64,000 nt of DNA, taken from the human T2T-CHM13v2.0 reference genome, Homo sapiens. A program made the translations under genes and the position numbers. Shown here in pieces: positions 1 to 17,155 of this stretch (its first letter is position 1; the number at the start of each line of letters is the position of its first letter). The notes below the pieces were generated by a model, which was given only the letters and a program-made list of their open reading frames with translations, searched no databases and had not been told where the DNA came from. The stretch lies in the NCBI RefSeq assembly GCF_009914755.1, contig NC_060932.1. The stretch is one strand, 5' to 3'.

Positions 1-635
1 TTTCATATTTTAGTTGGCAGGATTTTTTTTTTCCTTAGTGCTACATAAACTAAAGGTACAACTAAATTGATAGTTCTTGGATTTGAGGAAATAAGCATTT
101 TTTTTATCCCCATCTTATTCATATGAACACTAAGCTTGGAGAGGGTAAGTAACTTGCTGTAATATAAATGTTTGTACCAGATAATCTGGTCAGTAACCAG
201 CACTTAAACTATTTGAACATGTCTATAATAAGAAGCAGGGCTGCCTTCCAATGTTGAAACAAAAATTAGTCCTGCTGTGTCCAAGACATTTCTATCTTTG
301 GAATTCTTTAAAGATTTGCTCAATTCGATAATCTGTTCAGTGACTAATTCTATTTTTCTCTTCGATTCATTCCGTGGGCACTGCCTTCTCTCCTTTTTCC
401 ATCTCCGCAGACCTGAGTTCGTAACATTTCATCCACAGTTCACCCACTCGCTCAGTCTCACCTTTGGGCCCCTGGTTACTTTGTCTTCATCCCAATTCTT
501 CATACTCTTCCAGGAAGACTTTGGTGATTTCCACCTGGCTTTTCTCCTCTCTTCTTTCTCCTGGCCTCTCACAGGGCCCTGGCTTGGCCAGGCTGATCTC
601 AGACAGCCTAGCTATAAAAAAAATCTGGCCCCCAA

Positions 636-956
<321 letters not shown>

Positions 957-2391
957 CTACAGTGTTGAAGTTCCACTCTACTGCTGATGAGTCTCACGAT
1001 TTTGGGCAAGTTACTTAACCTAGCTGTGGTCTCCATTGTTTCATCCATAAAATATTAGACCCTATTTCACAAAGCTGTTGTGAGAATTCAGAGACAACAC
1101 ACATATTAATACAATGTGCTCATTAGCACCCAGCACACAGTAAATGTTCAATAGTCTCACTGCATGATAACATTCTGCTTATCTGTTTACAGTCTCCATT
1201 AAACTGATCTCCCTGGGGTGGGGACTGGATCATATTTCCTAGCACAGCCCCAGGACAAGCACTGTGGCTAGCTCACAAGAGCTTAAGAAACTGTTGAATC
1301 AATGAATAAATGGACACATGACTGTGTGTATAACACATGCAAGGCACTGTGCTCAGGAACACAAGGGCAAGGCAGCCATGCAAACTATCAACTCTAATAC
1401 AAATGCTAAATAGATGTTCTGGTAATGTGCTGTACAAGCACGATAGAGGGAAAAATTAACTCTGACAGGAAAGTGCACTGAAGAAAAATACTGATGGAAA
1501 CACAGGAACAAAGACAAAGGAACAAAGATATAAGAGAAAATGGCACAAGCCACGACAAAGAGGCTTAGAATGCATGGTCTAGCATGGGCATCCGGCTAAG
1601 TTCGCCACCGGGATCCACAGACCCCTTGAAACTGAATGGAAAACTGAGTGACTATGTACCTTTCTAGGGAGGCAGTCCATAGCTGTCTGTTCCTTGAAGG
1701 GGTCTGAGGTCCAAAAAGATGAAGGGCCCCTGTGATAGGGTGTTGGTCATGGGATAGGGAGGGTGGAGGGAGAATGAGGAGGGGTCATCAGCGCAGAGTG
1801 AGCCCAGCTGGCCGAGGGTTAGCATACCAGTTGGCAGATAGTGAGCTTTATCATGTGACCATTAATGGGGGTCCTGGGGAGTTTTCAAAGAGGGAAGAGG
1901 GGTGATCAGATCTGAACTAAGGAAAGAAAATCCATCAGCAGTAGGGAGAGGAGGAGGTCAATGGAGGAGTTTAGGGGGAGAGTTGAAGAAGCCAGCGGGA
2001 ATAAGGACAGAAATTAAAATTCCCATTTAAGAAGCAGGGAAAGGTTCAAATGAACCCAAGACAAATCTAGTCTCACTAGTTATATAAAAAGAAAAGAAGA
2101 ACAGATCTAAGAAGCAGGCTGGGATTCAGGTGGAGGGGAGAGGAGATGGCCACGCCCTGGGTTTCCCCCCATCTTAGGATTTGATTTGAGATGGTGAGTT
2201 TGAGGAGAAGGCATGACCCTCATGGGGAGGCGCTCTCCCCAGAGGATGCAGAGCTCACCAGGGGACCAGGCCTGGGGCTGTGCATGGATTCTGGCACCCT
2301 CTCAGGGCAACTGTGAAAGCGCGACATGTTTCTGAGAGAAGGCCAAGACAGAAATGGTTAAAATGGTAACTTTGATGTTACATATATTTTA

Positions 2392-2751
<360 letters not shown>

Positions 2752-2827
2752 TCAGACATGTGAGGAAACTGGGACTTAAAAAGCATCTGCAGTTGGCAAG
2801 GTCACACAGCTACTGCACTCCGAGCTA

Positions 2828-3150
<323 letters not shown>

Positions 3151-5420
3151 AGTCTCCAAGGCTTTCACCTCCACCGCTGGGCTCTAAAACCAAGATGCCA
3201 ACAGGCCCGGCCAGCAACTGAGGAGGACACAGCGCAAGCGGCCACACGTGTGGGCTGTAGGAAGGTGGTGATTCGCTTTTTGTTTTCTCACAGGCACAAT
3301 CAGTTCCACGTGCCCTGTCTTGTTAGGCATGTTTTGTTCAGGCCCTAACCCTACCAATGTGTGTTCATGGAGAGTGATGCTGTGGACAGGAGGTGTCACC
3401 AGATCTGCTTCATCCAACAGACAGACAAAGCCAGGTTTCCATACCTCAGCTCACATCTACGGCAGGAATTCATCCTGTCCTAGCTCCGTTTGAAAACCCG
3501 CCTTTCTCGTTCATGCCCCTACCAGGTCCACAGGTGAACTCCTCCCTCCCTGTCATCATAGCTGGCTAAAAACTTCCCAGTAGCCCCTTTGTGTCAGGAT
3601 GGAAAACAGACCTACAAGGTCAACTTAGCACCTACCCGTGACACTCTTCGACAGCATGCCAGACTCGGCTATTAGGAAGGGAAAATTCATACCTCTGAAC
3701 GGGACCAGAAAAGAAAGATGAAACGGCATCAGCAGTTAGCCACAATGAAGACCTCAGTGTGTTTGGTCACCCATCAAAAAGCTGACCTATACCCAGAACC
3801 CAAACTCCATTCTTAGCTATATCGACAGGATCTCACCCCAAACAAGCTTTTGCCCAGCAAATTCCACAAAGCTTGTCAAGGTTTGACTCCCTTTGTTCCC
3901 GTGAAGTGCAAACCACCATTACCACCTTCTTGTACACAGGGGCCCTTTCCCACACATTAGTTTACCTTCAATGATGTCCTACATGTAGCAGGTCCCCAAA
4001 GCTATTGAATGAATACAAACCTCACTGTTTAGACAGATATTCTGATTGTACCTGGCTTTTAAACTTTTTTACAAAGCAGGTTGATTGCCACTGACTTCAT
4101 TTTGTTCCACTTGAGGTGCTGAGCAAAAGATGGATCTCTCAGTAAACACCAGCCACAAAATAAGACTCCCCTACCACCTACACACACCAAAAATACAATC
4201 CTCAGAAAAGCATGATCACATGGTGCAATTAGAGAAGATTTCAGCCCCACGGTTTTGGATTCTATTTTCTGGATAAATAATTACTCATTTTCTAATTAAA
4301 CAAACAATTAGTAGAAAGCACAGCCTGAGAAACTGTGTAGGTGTCCACCGTCTCGCTCCGCTGAGATAGTGTGACAAATGATGCTAACTCAGGGGTGAAT
4401 AAAACGTCCTTGGCTCCTACTGTTTGCACAAACTGATACAACCACACAGCCCAGCATTTACAGTACAGCTCACTCCAAACATGAAATGAACACTTTTAAT
4501 GATTGACATCCTAAGTAAGAAAACAGTTCCTTTAGATGAAGGCCAGATTTCTTGGACTTGGGGCAAACAAGAGAGCTGGCTAGTGAATATATTGAAGGTA
4601 GTTTTGTTTATTTTGGGGTTTGTTTTGTAGGACCACTGCAGAAGGTTCCAGCCAAAAATGAGTCAAAGACAGTGACCTACATATTTCTGGCTGCTTTCTA
4701 CTAACATTCAGTGTCTTTGTCTATATACATTCAGGGACACAAAGCAAAGCAATGACCTTTATAGATCATGTGCTAAAATCTGCTGGTTTCATTTGGCTAA
4801 GCAAAGTTAATGTTTACTCTTTTGAGTTTAGTACTGGTAAAAGAAAGTGGATAGCTACAGAACACTAGAGGAATCTCCCTACACTAGATAAAGGCAGATG
4901 GTACGCGCGTCTTGCTCCTGCTCTACTAATAGCATCCAAATATCTCTGCAGTAGGATGTGTCTGCAAGCACAGGCTATTTTAACATTCATTCATGTAAAC
5001 TTCTTATTCATTTCATTCACTCAATAAATATTTACTGAGCGCCAGGTACTGTGGATACAGAGAACACAAGACAAAGTGCTGCCCTCATGGAGCCTACATG
5101 CTAGTGGGAGGGTGGAAACAGGCAAAACAGGTCATGAAAACAAATAAGAATTTCATAGAATTCTAAGTGCCATAAAACACTGCCAAGGAACAGAAAGGAT
5201 AAATGGGGTGTGCAGTGGGAGGAGGATGGGGTATTTTTGCTGGGCGGTCAGAAAAGGCCCTCCTGAGGTTATATTTGAGCTGAAACCACACAAAGATCTG
5301 CAGAAGAGCAACCAAACAGAGGGAACAGCAAATATTGTGATCCTGGGATGGAAAGGAATTTGGCCAATATGGTTGAACAAACAAAAGGGACTAGTGGTGG
5401 CAAAGGAGATTACACTCAGG

Positions 5421-5505
5421 CGGGCGGCACCCCACACAGCCTGGCGGCACCCCACACAGCCTGGCGGCACCCCACACAGCCTGGCGGCACCCCACACAGC
5501 CTGGC
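5421..5505. repeat. 20-bp minisatellite (CTGGCGGCACCCCACACAGC) x ~4.2
   Basis: Units start at 5421, 5441, 5461 and 5481, plus a partial copy. They are identical except one base in the first unit. Confidence 0.97.
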
Positions 5506-7243
5506 AGGTATGGTTAGGGACTCCTGACGTCGTCGTACTTGCAAAGGAGTCTCGAAAATCAATAAAAAGCTACAAATTTAAATACAAATGTATGTATGAG
5601 CTCAGCAAACATGATACACTTAGGATTGATCATTTCAGCAACATGACTAAAAGCAAGGAAGTGAGCTTCAGATAAACACCATTTGTACAGCACCCTAGGG
5701 CTTACCAAGAGCTTTCATAACATCATCTCATTTGGATGTTTAGACTGGGGCAGTGAAGTCAGAGGTTAAGGACAAGCAATAAAAAGAGCTCCTGGCTCTT
5801 AATTACTAAGAAACCAATTCATCCCGTCTCCAAAGTGGTTAAAGAGGAAAACTCCAGAGACCGCAGATTAAAAGAGGTGGTTTTAGCATTCTTCTCCCTC
5901 TGAGGACATCAAATAATTTCTCTAAAATGGCTTAAGATACAGAGCCCAGGAGTGCCAAAAGGCCAGGTCAACCAAAAGAAAACACAGCTACCGCATTAAA
6001 TATAAGAAATGGGCATCCTTAATTTTCCATAGTGATTAGTCCTGATGAAGCCATCAAGATCATGGCTATGATCTTCTAGAACATTTTTCTTTTTTCTTTT
6101 TTTTTTTTTCCTGAAAAGCCTTTGCATGCCAATGCCAATAAGCTCATTGGGGTAGATTGCTCCAACCACTGCCTTTCTAAACTGACCTCCCTTCCACATC
6201 CACCATGACAGGCTAGGCTCCCTCAAATACTTTTCTCCCCATAAGATTTCTGACCTCCAAAATTTTCCCACTGAGCCCTCCTCCAGAATCAAATCCTCAC
6301 CTGACCTCATGACCCGCACCAACCTTCTTTCTCCCATTGCTTCTACCCCCGTTCTCCACTCCAGAGACCTGTCTCCTCACAGTCATGCATGGGTACCAAG
6401 CTGGACACCATACCTCGAATGATGGGGCCCCTCTTGCTAGACTGTCCTCCCTCTTTCCACCCACTTGCCAAGTCCTCAAGGGCCAGGAAAGTCACGACTT
6501 TCTCACGAAGCCCCCTTCACTAGTCTCGCCCTCCTGGCTGCCTTCTACTCTAAAATTGCATGGCGTGCACAGCAACCCCCAAAGTTTCTCTAAAGGAAAG
6601 ATAACTTTTCTGAAGATGACCAAAGTGGAGACAGAGTGTTCCAGGACATTCCTATTCCCACTGGGTGGCTCAAACATTGGAGAAGGATTCATGGCAACAG
6701 CAAATTAGTTCAAGATGTCCTGATACAAGTTTGCAAACAGTGGTTACTGGACACCTGACTTCATCTTGACAACAGAACAACACCAGACGCCTCTTATATA
6801 AGAGGTGTCTTCATTAAGAACACAGCATTCTGCCCCAGGAAACACATACCATGATCAACATCCATTTCCTTTATCAAAATAAGGAGAAGAGATTGAGAGT
6901 CTCTGTCCATAAACACACTATGATCAATACTATTTGTGCAGGCAAGGCAAAAGCTCAATTTTTGCCATATTCAGTGACCATCAGGAAATTTCCCAACCAA
7001 TGCAACTCACAAACTCACATAAAGGGTGCATGTTTCCATGCATAGCAAGTAATACTCTGTGAAAGTTTTAAGAAAAATCCAGCAGCTACATCCACAGAGA
7101 TATCAGTTGGAATGCAGCTTCATAATTTCTGAAGGAATACTAATTAAGAATGTAATTTTTTCAGCATTTATGAAGTAATAAGATACATCCAGACTATAAA
7201 ACATACAAAGACAGTGTTAACACATTAATATTATTTTTGTTCA

Positions 7244-7869
<626 letters not shown>

Positions 7870-7870
<1 letters not shown>

Positions 7871-7968
7871 CACACATGCACACACACACATGCATGCACA
7901 CACACACATATGCACACACACACATGCATACACACACACATGCACACACACACATGCACACATATATA
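7870..7968. repeat. Imperfect (CA)n/(CATG) microsatellite at the Alu tail
   Basis: cacacatgcacacacacacatgcatgcacacacac... Confidence 0.92.
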
Positions 7969-8270
7969 TGGAGAAAGAAAAAGGGCATGATGAAGAAGAA
8001 ATGAGACCTCTCATTTATTGTCCAGGAAAGAGAGCCAAGCCCCAGGAACTGAATCTTGCAAGCCATGAGGATTTCCTTCAGGGTAACCCCAAGCTTGCAA
8101 ATGAAGTTTCTGGATGTTCTCGCTGGACTAGTGCACTATGTTAGGAAGGTGAGCTGTGTTTTAAAGTGGCCCTGAAACACATAATGACAGCACAGGAGAT
8201 ATGAAGAAGGGAAAGCCACATAACATTAAATAAGAGACCACACTCACTTTCACAGCAAATGTCCCTCTCA

Positions 8271-8625
<355 letters not shown>

Positions 8626-9177
8626 CTATTTTAAGCACCATGACTTCATTCTTGTTTGTTCTGAAGCAGCACAGATGGGCCGCGTCAATTTATGTTACTA
8701 CAAGAAGAGAAGGAGACCCAGATTCAAAGCTGCACGTTTCTCTTGCCTTGTGTTAGGGCATCCTGAAGCTGGAACTGTGGTGTGTCGAGCAGAGGAAAGC
8801 ACTATTTCTTTTTTTTCCTTTCTCTTTTTTAGAAGCCTAAGAGTATTTCACCAACGTGCCCATATTTCATGGAACCAACAGCCAGATCTACCTGAAAAAT
8901 GGCACAAGGTGAGTTGCTAATAAAGCCATCGAGCCTTTGCAGCTTTGTCAGTGCCACCCAACTGTGAAATCCATGGCCCTTGCTCCAGACACAGGAAGGG
9001 TCCTCTTCCTCAGAGAGCAGGAGACAGGGTCAATGATCCAAGCTGCAGCATGATCCAGGGTGGAAGGGGCTCCAAACCACATCTCACCCGGTCACCTCGG
9101 AGGGCACAAGGCTCTTCCCTGAACCTTTCCAAGAAACTTAATGAACCAGACTGTCTAAGGGGCAGGTACAGAATATA

Positions 9178-9694
9178 TTATTTTATTTTTTTATTTTTTG
9201 AGATGGAGCCTCACTCGGTCGCCCAGGCTGGAGTGCAGTGCCACAATCTCGGCTCACTGCAACTAGGTTTTGAATTGGTAGAGGTGGTCATTACCCCACA
9301 TTATGAATGCACTAAATGTCACTGAATTACTCACTTTAAAATGATTAATTTTCTCTTATGTCAATTCCACTTCAATTATAAAAAACACTTCAATTATAAA
9401 ATATGCATAATCTGCATCAGCGTCACTATATATGGTACACCCCACGCATCGCCAGGAGCTGTCAGCCTTGATGTACTTGGTCCGCCTCCTGGTGCAAGCA
9501 ATTCTCCTGTCTCAGCCTCCCAAGTACCTGGGATTATAGGCACACATCACCATACCTGGTTATTCTTATATTTTTAGTAAAGACAGGGTTTTGCCATGTT
9601 GGCTAGGCTGGTCTCAAACTCCTGGCCGCAGGGATCCGCCCCCCTCGGCCTCCCAAAGTGCTGGAATTATAGGCAGAAGCCACCACGCCCGGCC
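9178..9694 (-). mobile_element. Alu (AluS) split by a ~220-bp insertion at 9264-9483
   Basis: The Alu reads ...CTCACTGCAAC | insert | TCCGCCTCC... and the two halves are colinear with the consensus. Confidence 0.92.
9264..9483. repeat. Inverted copy of ~10452-10654
   Basis: The reverse complement aligns to 10452-10654, with 8 mismatches in the first 81 nt by hand count. Confidence 0.93.
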
Positions 9695-9782
9695 AGATTA
9701 CATTTATTAAACCTCTCCCAGGCACTGCACAATCTGGTTAAAAACTCCCAAAAATCCTATGAGGTAAGTCCTCTTATCATTC

Positions 9783-10144
<362 letters not shown>

Positions 10145-10539
10145 TGAGCTAGCCTCCGCTTCACAGCAGGTATGTGGAGGAGCTTTGACTGCCCTCCGAG
10201 GGGCAGAATAGAAGCTTCTTGAGGAACACTGATCTTTCACTAGTCTACCCAATGTGTCAGCCTCCCCTGCCAGCAAACACCATGTAGAAATAATGAATAA
10301 AGATGCATAGAAAACAGGAAAACCCAAGAGCCAGTCCTACAACTGTCACTTCCCAATGACTTGGCCTTGAGCAAGTTCCATTGCCCTTGAGCTCTGTTCG
10401 GGTCCCCTATGTGTAAAGGTGTGTTTGGTTCTCCCTCTGACACAGGGTTGGGGACCAAGTACATCCAGGCTGACAGGTCCTGGTGATGAATAGGGTGTAC
10501 CATATATAGTGACATTGATGCAGATTATGCATGTGTGTG

Positions 10540-11010
10540 TTTTATATTTTGAAGTGAAATTGACATAAGACAAAATCACTTTGAAGTGAACGATTCAGAA
10601 GCGTTCAGTGCATTCACAATGTGAGTAATGACCACCTCTACCTAGTTCAAAAACATTTTCAGTGCCCCAAAATAAACCCCCATGGCCACTAAGCAGTCAT
10701 TCCCCATTCCCTACTCTCACCAACCTCTGGCAACCTGGAAACTGCTTCCTATCTCTATGGATTTACCTATCCTGAGCATTCCCCATAAGTGGAATTATAT
10801 GATATGAGACCTCTTGTCTCTTGACTTTCACTAACACGTTTGAGGTTCATCCAAGTTGTAGCATCTGCACTTCGTCCCTTTTTACGGTTGAATAATATTC
10901 CATTATGTACATACCGCAATTTGTTTATCCATTCATCCAGTAATGGGCAGCTGAGATGTTTCCGCCTTTTGGTTATCACGAATAATGTTGCGGTAGACAT
11001 TCATGTAGCA
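10540..11010 (-). mobile_element. L1M (L1MB-like) 3' end fragment
   Basis: Typical old L1 3' UTR motifs (TCTATGGATTTACCTAT, GTTCATCCAAGTTGTAGCAT, TTTATCCATTCATC). Confidence 0.8.
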
Positions 11011-12379
11011 GGTGACGTCTTTTAAGGCACTTTCACATTTCATTCTAACAAGTATGTGAGGTAGACCCTGGTCATATGAATGGCATTTGAGCTGTGCTTC
11101 CTTCCTCATTAAGCCATCACTTTCTAATCCCACCCCACTTTTATAATAAGAAAAACAATGAAGAACTTCTAAGGCTAAGTCGGGCACATGAAGCGTTTGT
11201 GAAGGAATAAAAAGGTATTGATTAATAATTTGATTTTTAAAAATTAATCATAACTCAGAATGTGTAACAGGACTGTCTCAAAACTGGACATTATTCCTAA
11301 CATGCATGGAAAATGCAAAGATGGTATTAAAGATTAAATTCTTTAAAAAGTAAAGACACTGCAGGGACATGGAAAGAAAAATGATACAGGAAAGACCAAA
11401 GCAAAGCTCTTCATCTCCAAATCTTTGCCATCTAATTTAGTGACCAGAACACTCAGACCTTTCTTTGAACAGAGCCATTTTTATCAAGTCAAGATCTCAC
11501 GACCATCCAAAGACTCTGAGCTCAAAACCTCATGTGGACAGACGCAAATGTGAGGCAACCTGGCCAGCCTTCTGCTGCTCTGCTACAGGTCTGGGCAAAT
11601 GAAAGAACGTGCTCAAATCTAAACTCAGGTAATGGAGAGGCTAATGTTGTCAACATCAATATTGTCACTGCTTCCAAGACAACTTCTCAGCAAAACAAAG
11701 AGTCTCAACTCCCTCTAGGTGTTAAGAATCTTCAAGTATCAAGTGAAAAGGTCTCCGTTCCCTTGAATTCTTTTTTAATCCAAGGTTTGGGGCTTCAAAT
11801 TCAGTATAAAGCGAGTGCAATCACAGTAGGTTACTTGAAGGGGCAAAATGCAATCTCACCTTAGGAGCCAGGCCTGCCAGACCCAGTCCCATCAATCAGC
11901 CAGCCACGGGCACAAAACACACGCTGATGAAAAGGACTTGGCACTGTGCATTGTGTCATGTCCAATACTCGTCATTGTATACATAATAAAGTCAGTCAGA
12001 TGAACATTCTCATACTGTGTTCCCCATGTGATGCAAAAAATAACAAAATTGGACTATTGAGAATTTTAAAGGCACACAGAAAAAAAAGGGAGTGCTAAGC
12101 CTACAAATTCTCTGGCTGGAATGATACCAAAGTCCTCCTTCTCATGGTCTCCACGATCACCAATTGTTCATTTCTCTCTTTTGTCTTCCCCAATCAAGAC
12201 CCTCAGTTCAGGGGTACACAAATCAGGAGGAGGCAGGGAGAAAATTTTTTTTAAGATTAATCTTGAACACTTAAATTTTACCAAAGGCAAGGAAAAGGTA
12301 AGAGGAAATATATTTTCTACCTCTACCTCCACACCCCTAGCCCTTCCCTCCCAAGGGTACTTTGCTTTAAAGTGAAATC

Positions 12380-12685
12380 AGGGACATTCTGCCAGGAAAG
12401 GTCATTTAGTAAACATGTCAGGCTTTGAGGGCCCTTTGGTCTCTGCTGTGACTACTCACCTATGCCACTGTAGCATAAAAGTAACCACAGACAAAACCCA
12501 AATGAATGGGCTGTGTTCCCATAAAACTTTAGGGATGCACTCTTACATTTGAAATTCATACCATTTTTGCATGTCACAAAACATTACTGTTTTCATTTTT
12601 TTCCCCAACTCTTTAATAGTCATTCTTAGCTCATGGGCCAATAGCAGGCTGCATTTGGCCCAGAGGCTGTAGTCTGCCTACCCCT
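12380..12685. mobile_element. MER58B-like hAT-Charlie MITE
   Basis: GGCTGTGTTCCCATAAAACTTTA and GCATTTGGCCCAGAGGCTGTAGTCTGCCTACCCC motifs. Confidence 0.7.
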
Positions 12686-13424
12686 TCTTTAAATCATGGA
12701 TGCTAACTTTTTAGGATATGGTGTATCTGGTTTTTTTCTTTATTTATAGGGGAGGGAGGTTTAAAGTTCTGCATAAACCGGAAAAGAACAAGGCAAGGAC
12801 ATTACAACAGCATATTTCAGAAAGAAAATACCTACCCCTGTTCTGTGAATCTCAAGAAAATTTAAAGAGTCCTTTAGTCACCTGTTGGCAGAGGACCACA
12901 AATTTTAAAATATGCTTGCTTACTGCTAAAAGTTAAATGTTTCATTCCTTTCTCTTTGATAAAAGAAATTCAAGCATAGTTACTCCTATTTTCTGAATCA
13001 AATCAGTAAGTACTCACTAGATGCCTCTAACGTGTCTAGTACTGGTCATGCTGCCAGAAAGAAAGGACATCAAAATATATCTTTTCCCCCAAACATTTTG
13101 ATCCCCGAGAGATTTTAGTGTTATAGCTTCAGTATGAAGGTGACAAATTGAGACTGATCCCTCCCAAACCATGATCTCAGCTGATCCCCTTTCATCCACT
13201 GAATGCATTTTAGAGATGAGTTTGGCCAGTGGATAGTATACATATTTATGGCAAGGAAGCTGGCATAGTATCACAGGAATAATTCCAGACTTAAGATCCT
13301 GGTTCTGCTCTTTAGCTCTGAGACCTGGGGAACACTAATCAGCCTCTCCAAATTCTCTATCCAGTTAAGAGGAGACCTAAAAACATCCTTCTCAAATAGC
13401 CCCACCACTTGAGTGCAGGGTCTG

Positions 13425-13787
13425 TGTATTAGTCCATTTTCATACTGCTATGAAGAAATACCCGAGACTGGGTAATTTATAAAGAAAAAGAGATTTAATG
13501 GACTCACAGTTCCACATGGCTGGGGAGGCCTTGCAATCATGGCAGAAGGCAAAGGAAGAGCAAAGGTACGTCTTACATGGCGGCAGGCAAAAGAGCGTGT
13601 ACAGAGGAACTGCCCTTTATCAAACCATCAGATCTTGTGAGACTTATTCACTATCACAAGAACAGCACAGGAAAACCCACCCTTGTGATTCAGTTACCTC
13701 CCACCAGGTCCCTCCCACAACTCGTAAGGATTATAGGAGCTACAGTTCAAGATGAGATTTGGGTGGGGACACAGCCAAGCCCTATCA
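13425..13787 (-). mobile_element. THE1 (THE1B/C-like) MaLR solo LTR
   Basis: 363 bp with TG...CA ends. The reverse complement begins TGATAGGGCTTGGCTGTGTCCCCACCCAAATCTCATCTTGAA. The 5-bp TSD is GTCTG/GCCTG. Confidence 0.9.
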
Positions 13788-16525
13788 GCCTGGTAGGCCC
13801 TAATTCATCCTCTCATTCAACAAAGGTTTTACTACTACAGTGTACTGGGCTGCAAGAGCACAAAGATGAACAAGGTAGACCCAGTCTCTACCATCACGGA
13901 ACCTGCAGACCAATTCGTTAGCTATTTTCAGCAGAAACACACAGGCATGCCTAACATGCTCCTTCGACTATAAAACACCTATCCCTTCTTTACTTTCCCC
14001 ACTACCAGTTCCACTTTAACCTGTAAGTCTGGGAGTAGCTCTGGAGCATGAATTCAGGAGATCCTTGGCATTCGAAGGCTTAAACTCTCATGGTTGGCGC
14101 TATTCAGAAGTTCTCTGGTCCACAGCAAGTGCTAATTTACGGTTTGGCCAAGACAAGATCCGAATCCTAGAGGAGGCAAGGTTGTTTTGTGAGGGCAAGT
14201 CCTTTAGCTAAGAAGTAAGCCAAGCCTAGTGCTGGCATCTCAACTTGGGTTTGTTCTCTTCATTTAACCAAAGGTTTTATTTAATCCTTGCAACTGCTCT
14301 AATAGGTAGGTATGACCATCCTCACTGCAGTCGCACACTGTAGTGGCTGCTTAGCATTTGAAAATTCACAAGGGTCTTGTGTTATCACCCTCCAATGCTC
14401 GTGGTCTAGGCAGTGGTATCTAATTCTGGCTATACTTAGACTCAACTTGGAAGCTTTAGAACATACTGATGCCCAAGTCCCATCTCGGATCAGTAAAACA
14501 GTCTACCTGAGAGTGAGGCTCAAATATTAGGACTTTTAGAAAGTTATACATATTAAGGTGCATGCACGGTCTTCCATTCTGGACAGTTGGCCCCACTGGG
14601 CCAAAATCCTTGCCTGATCTGCTTCTAGAGCCCTTCTAAGAAGCCAGCCCAGTCCTCTGTGGAACATGTTCAGAGCATGTTGGCTAGACCAAGGAACAAA
14701 CTGCCATATGGTCAAATGTGGATGTGATATGGAAACTCCTGTCACCTGACTCATAACCTTCCCTATCCATGCCCAAAATGAACTTCAGAAAATGCCAACA
14801 CAAGACTTATAGTATATGGGAATCTCAAAATTTCGCATGCATTTGCAACAAGGTCTAGGAGAAACAGCATAGAAAGCTGCCTAACTCTTCAACAGGAGAA
14901 AATTCATACGATGCATTGTATAGGCTTTAATGAGGACACCCAACAGTTACCCTCAAATGGAATTATTCTCATGTACCCACTATTTTGGGATTTAATTAAA
15001 ATTTCCTTTAACAACTGCCAAGACATTCTTTAAACTTAGTCTTTATTACCTTCTCCAGAATTTTTTTTTTTAATACTAGGGTGAGCAAAATGTTAAATCA
15101 GGTTCTCTTGATCATTATGTATGTATTAAACCCTTGGAAACACACAGGGAAAGCTAAGACTCCTATCAGTTTCAGTGTTCAATACATGAAGCATGAAAGG
15201 CAGAATGGTTCTTCAAGATGAGATGTTTAAATGGCAACTTCTTTGTCACTGGATCAGACCACACATGTGGAACACAAGGGCTGTGTCCAAGCAGGACAAC
15301 TCAATCGCAGGCTCAGGAATTAGATATTGAGAAAAAGTACTAGGCGAGATCAAGAGTCAAACAGCCTGGGTAGGGAAGGGCAGGAGTCATCCGAACGGGG
15401 TCCTCATCCCCTCCAGATGTCAAAGCTCCAGGGGCCACTGCCAGCCAGAGCTGCTGCCTCTGCTCTCAGCTAACAGTGGCTAAGAAGGAAGGCCTAGGCA
15501 GCTGAGTCCCAGGGGAGAGCACACTTGGAGGGGCATTACCCCAAGGAAAAGGTGGAAAGGATTATAGGAAAAAACAAAGGTTGTCTATGTGCCACAAGGA
15601 GGGGCTTCAGGTTCCCGTCTCTAACATAACATTTCTACAGCACTAATAGCATATCATGTACCTGCTATACCAATAGTATAGTATTAAATACTTCCATGAT
15701 AGTTATGTCTTGCAAACAGCACCCAGGTGGTCTTGACTACCAATGGACTCTAAATAGAGAAACTTAACAACCTATTACATGTGTCAGAGAACATTCACTG
15801 TTGCCAAGTAGTGTTTCTATAGGTACGAATGAAGGACACTCCTCTTAGGCAAAACAGGTAAGGCTTTGAGGAGCTGTCACATCTACCCAGCTGCTTTGAG
15901 GTCATTGCTTCTCTGCATTTTATGTTACCCCAGTCTCTACTCCTAGGGGAGGATGGTTCGGCAAGGTCACCAAGACCCTCCTGGCCAGAGTGGGGATTTC
16001 TTTAGACCGCAGGAGAGGAGCTCCTTAACCACCTTTAAGCAAGTTAATAATCTGTTCAGGGCCACCTGAGGATTAAGTGGTATAGCCCAGAGTAGAGAGG
16101 GTCCCCCAGCATGAAAGAGACTCCAATGTCCTAGTGTCAGATGCAAAAAGGAAAATTACAGAGCTCAGCTTCCTCCTAAGTGAAAAGCTGAACTTTTAAA
16201 ACCTTAGACAAATGTGTCTATGGAGTCAAAAACAACACAGAGAAGCTGTGACATTTAAAAAAAAAAAAAAAAAGCAAATGATGAACTCAAGTAACAAATC
16301 TTCCACTCAGCATCCCAGCGGCAGAGAGAAATGCCAACCTCAGGACTCCTACATGTGTTTTATGCTGAAGGAGCTATTTCAAGCAGCAAAGGTTCTGCTT
16401 CTATGCCATTCCCAGTTTCTGTTTTGTTTTGTTTTGAGGTATGTCTTTTTAAATATCCACGATAAAAATGTAACCATCCCAAATATATTTCAATGATAGA
16501 AATACATGACCACTGTTTAGTTTAA

Positions 16526-17155
<630 letters not shown>

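Noticed and set aside
5421-5505. CRISPR-like regular repeat
   Set aside because: The units are head-to-tail with no spacers, and the context is eukaryotic. It is a minisatellite.
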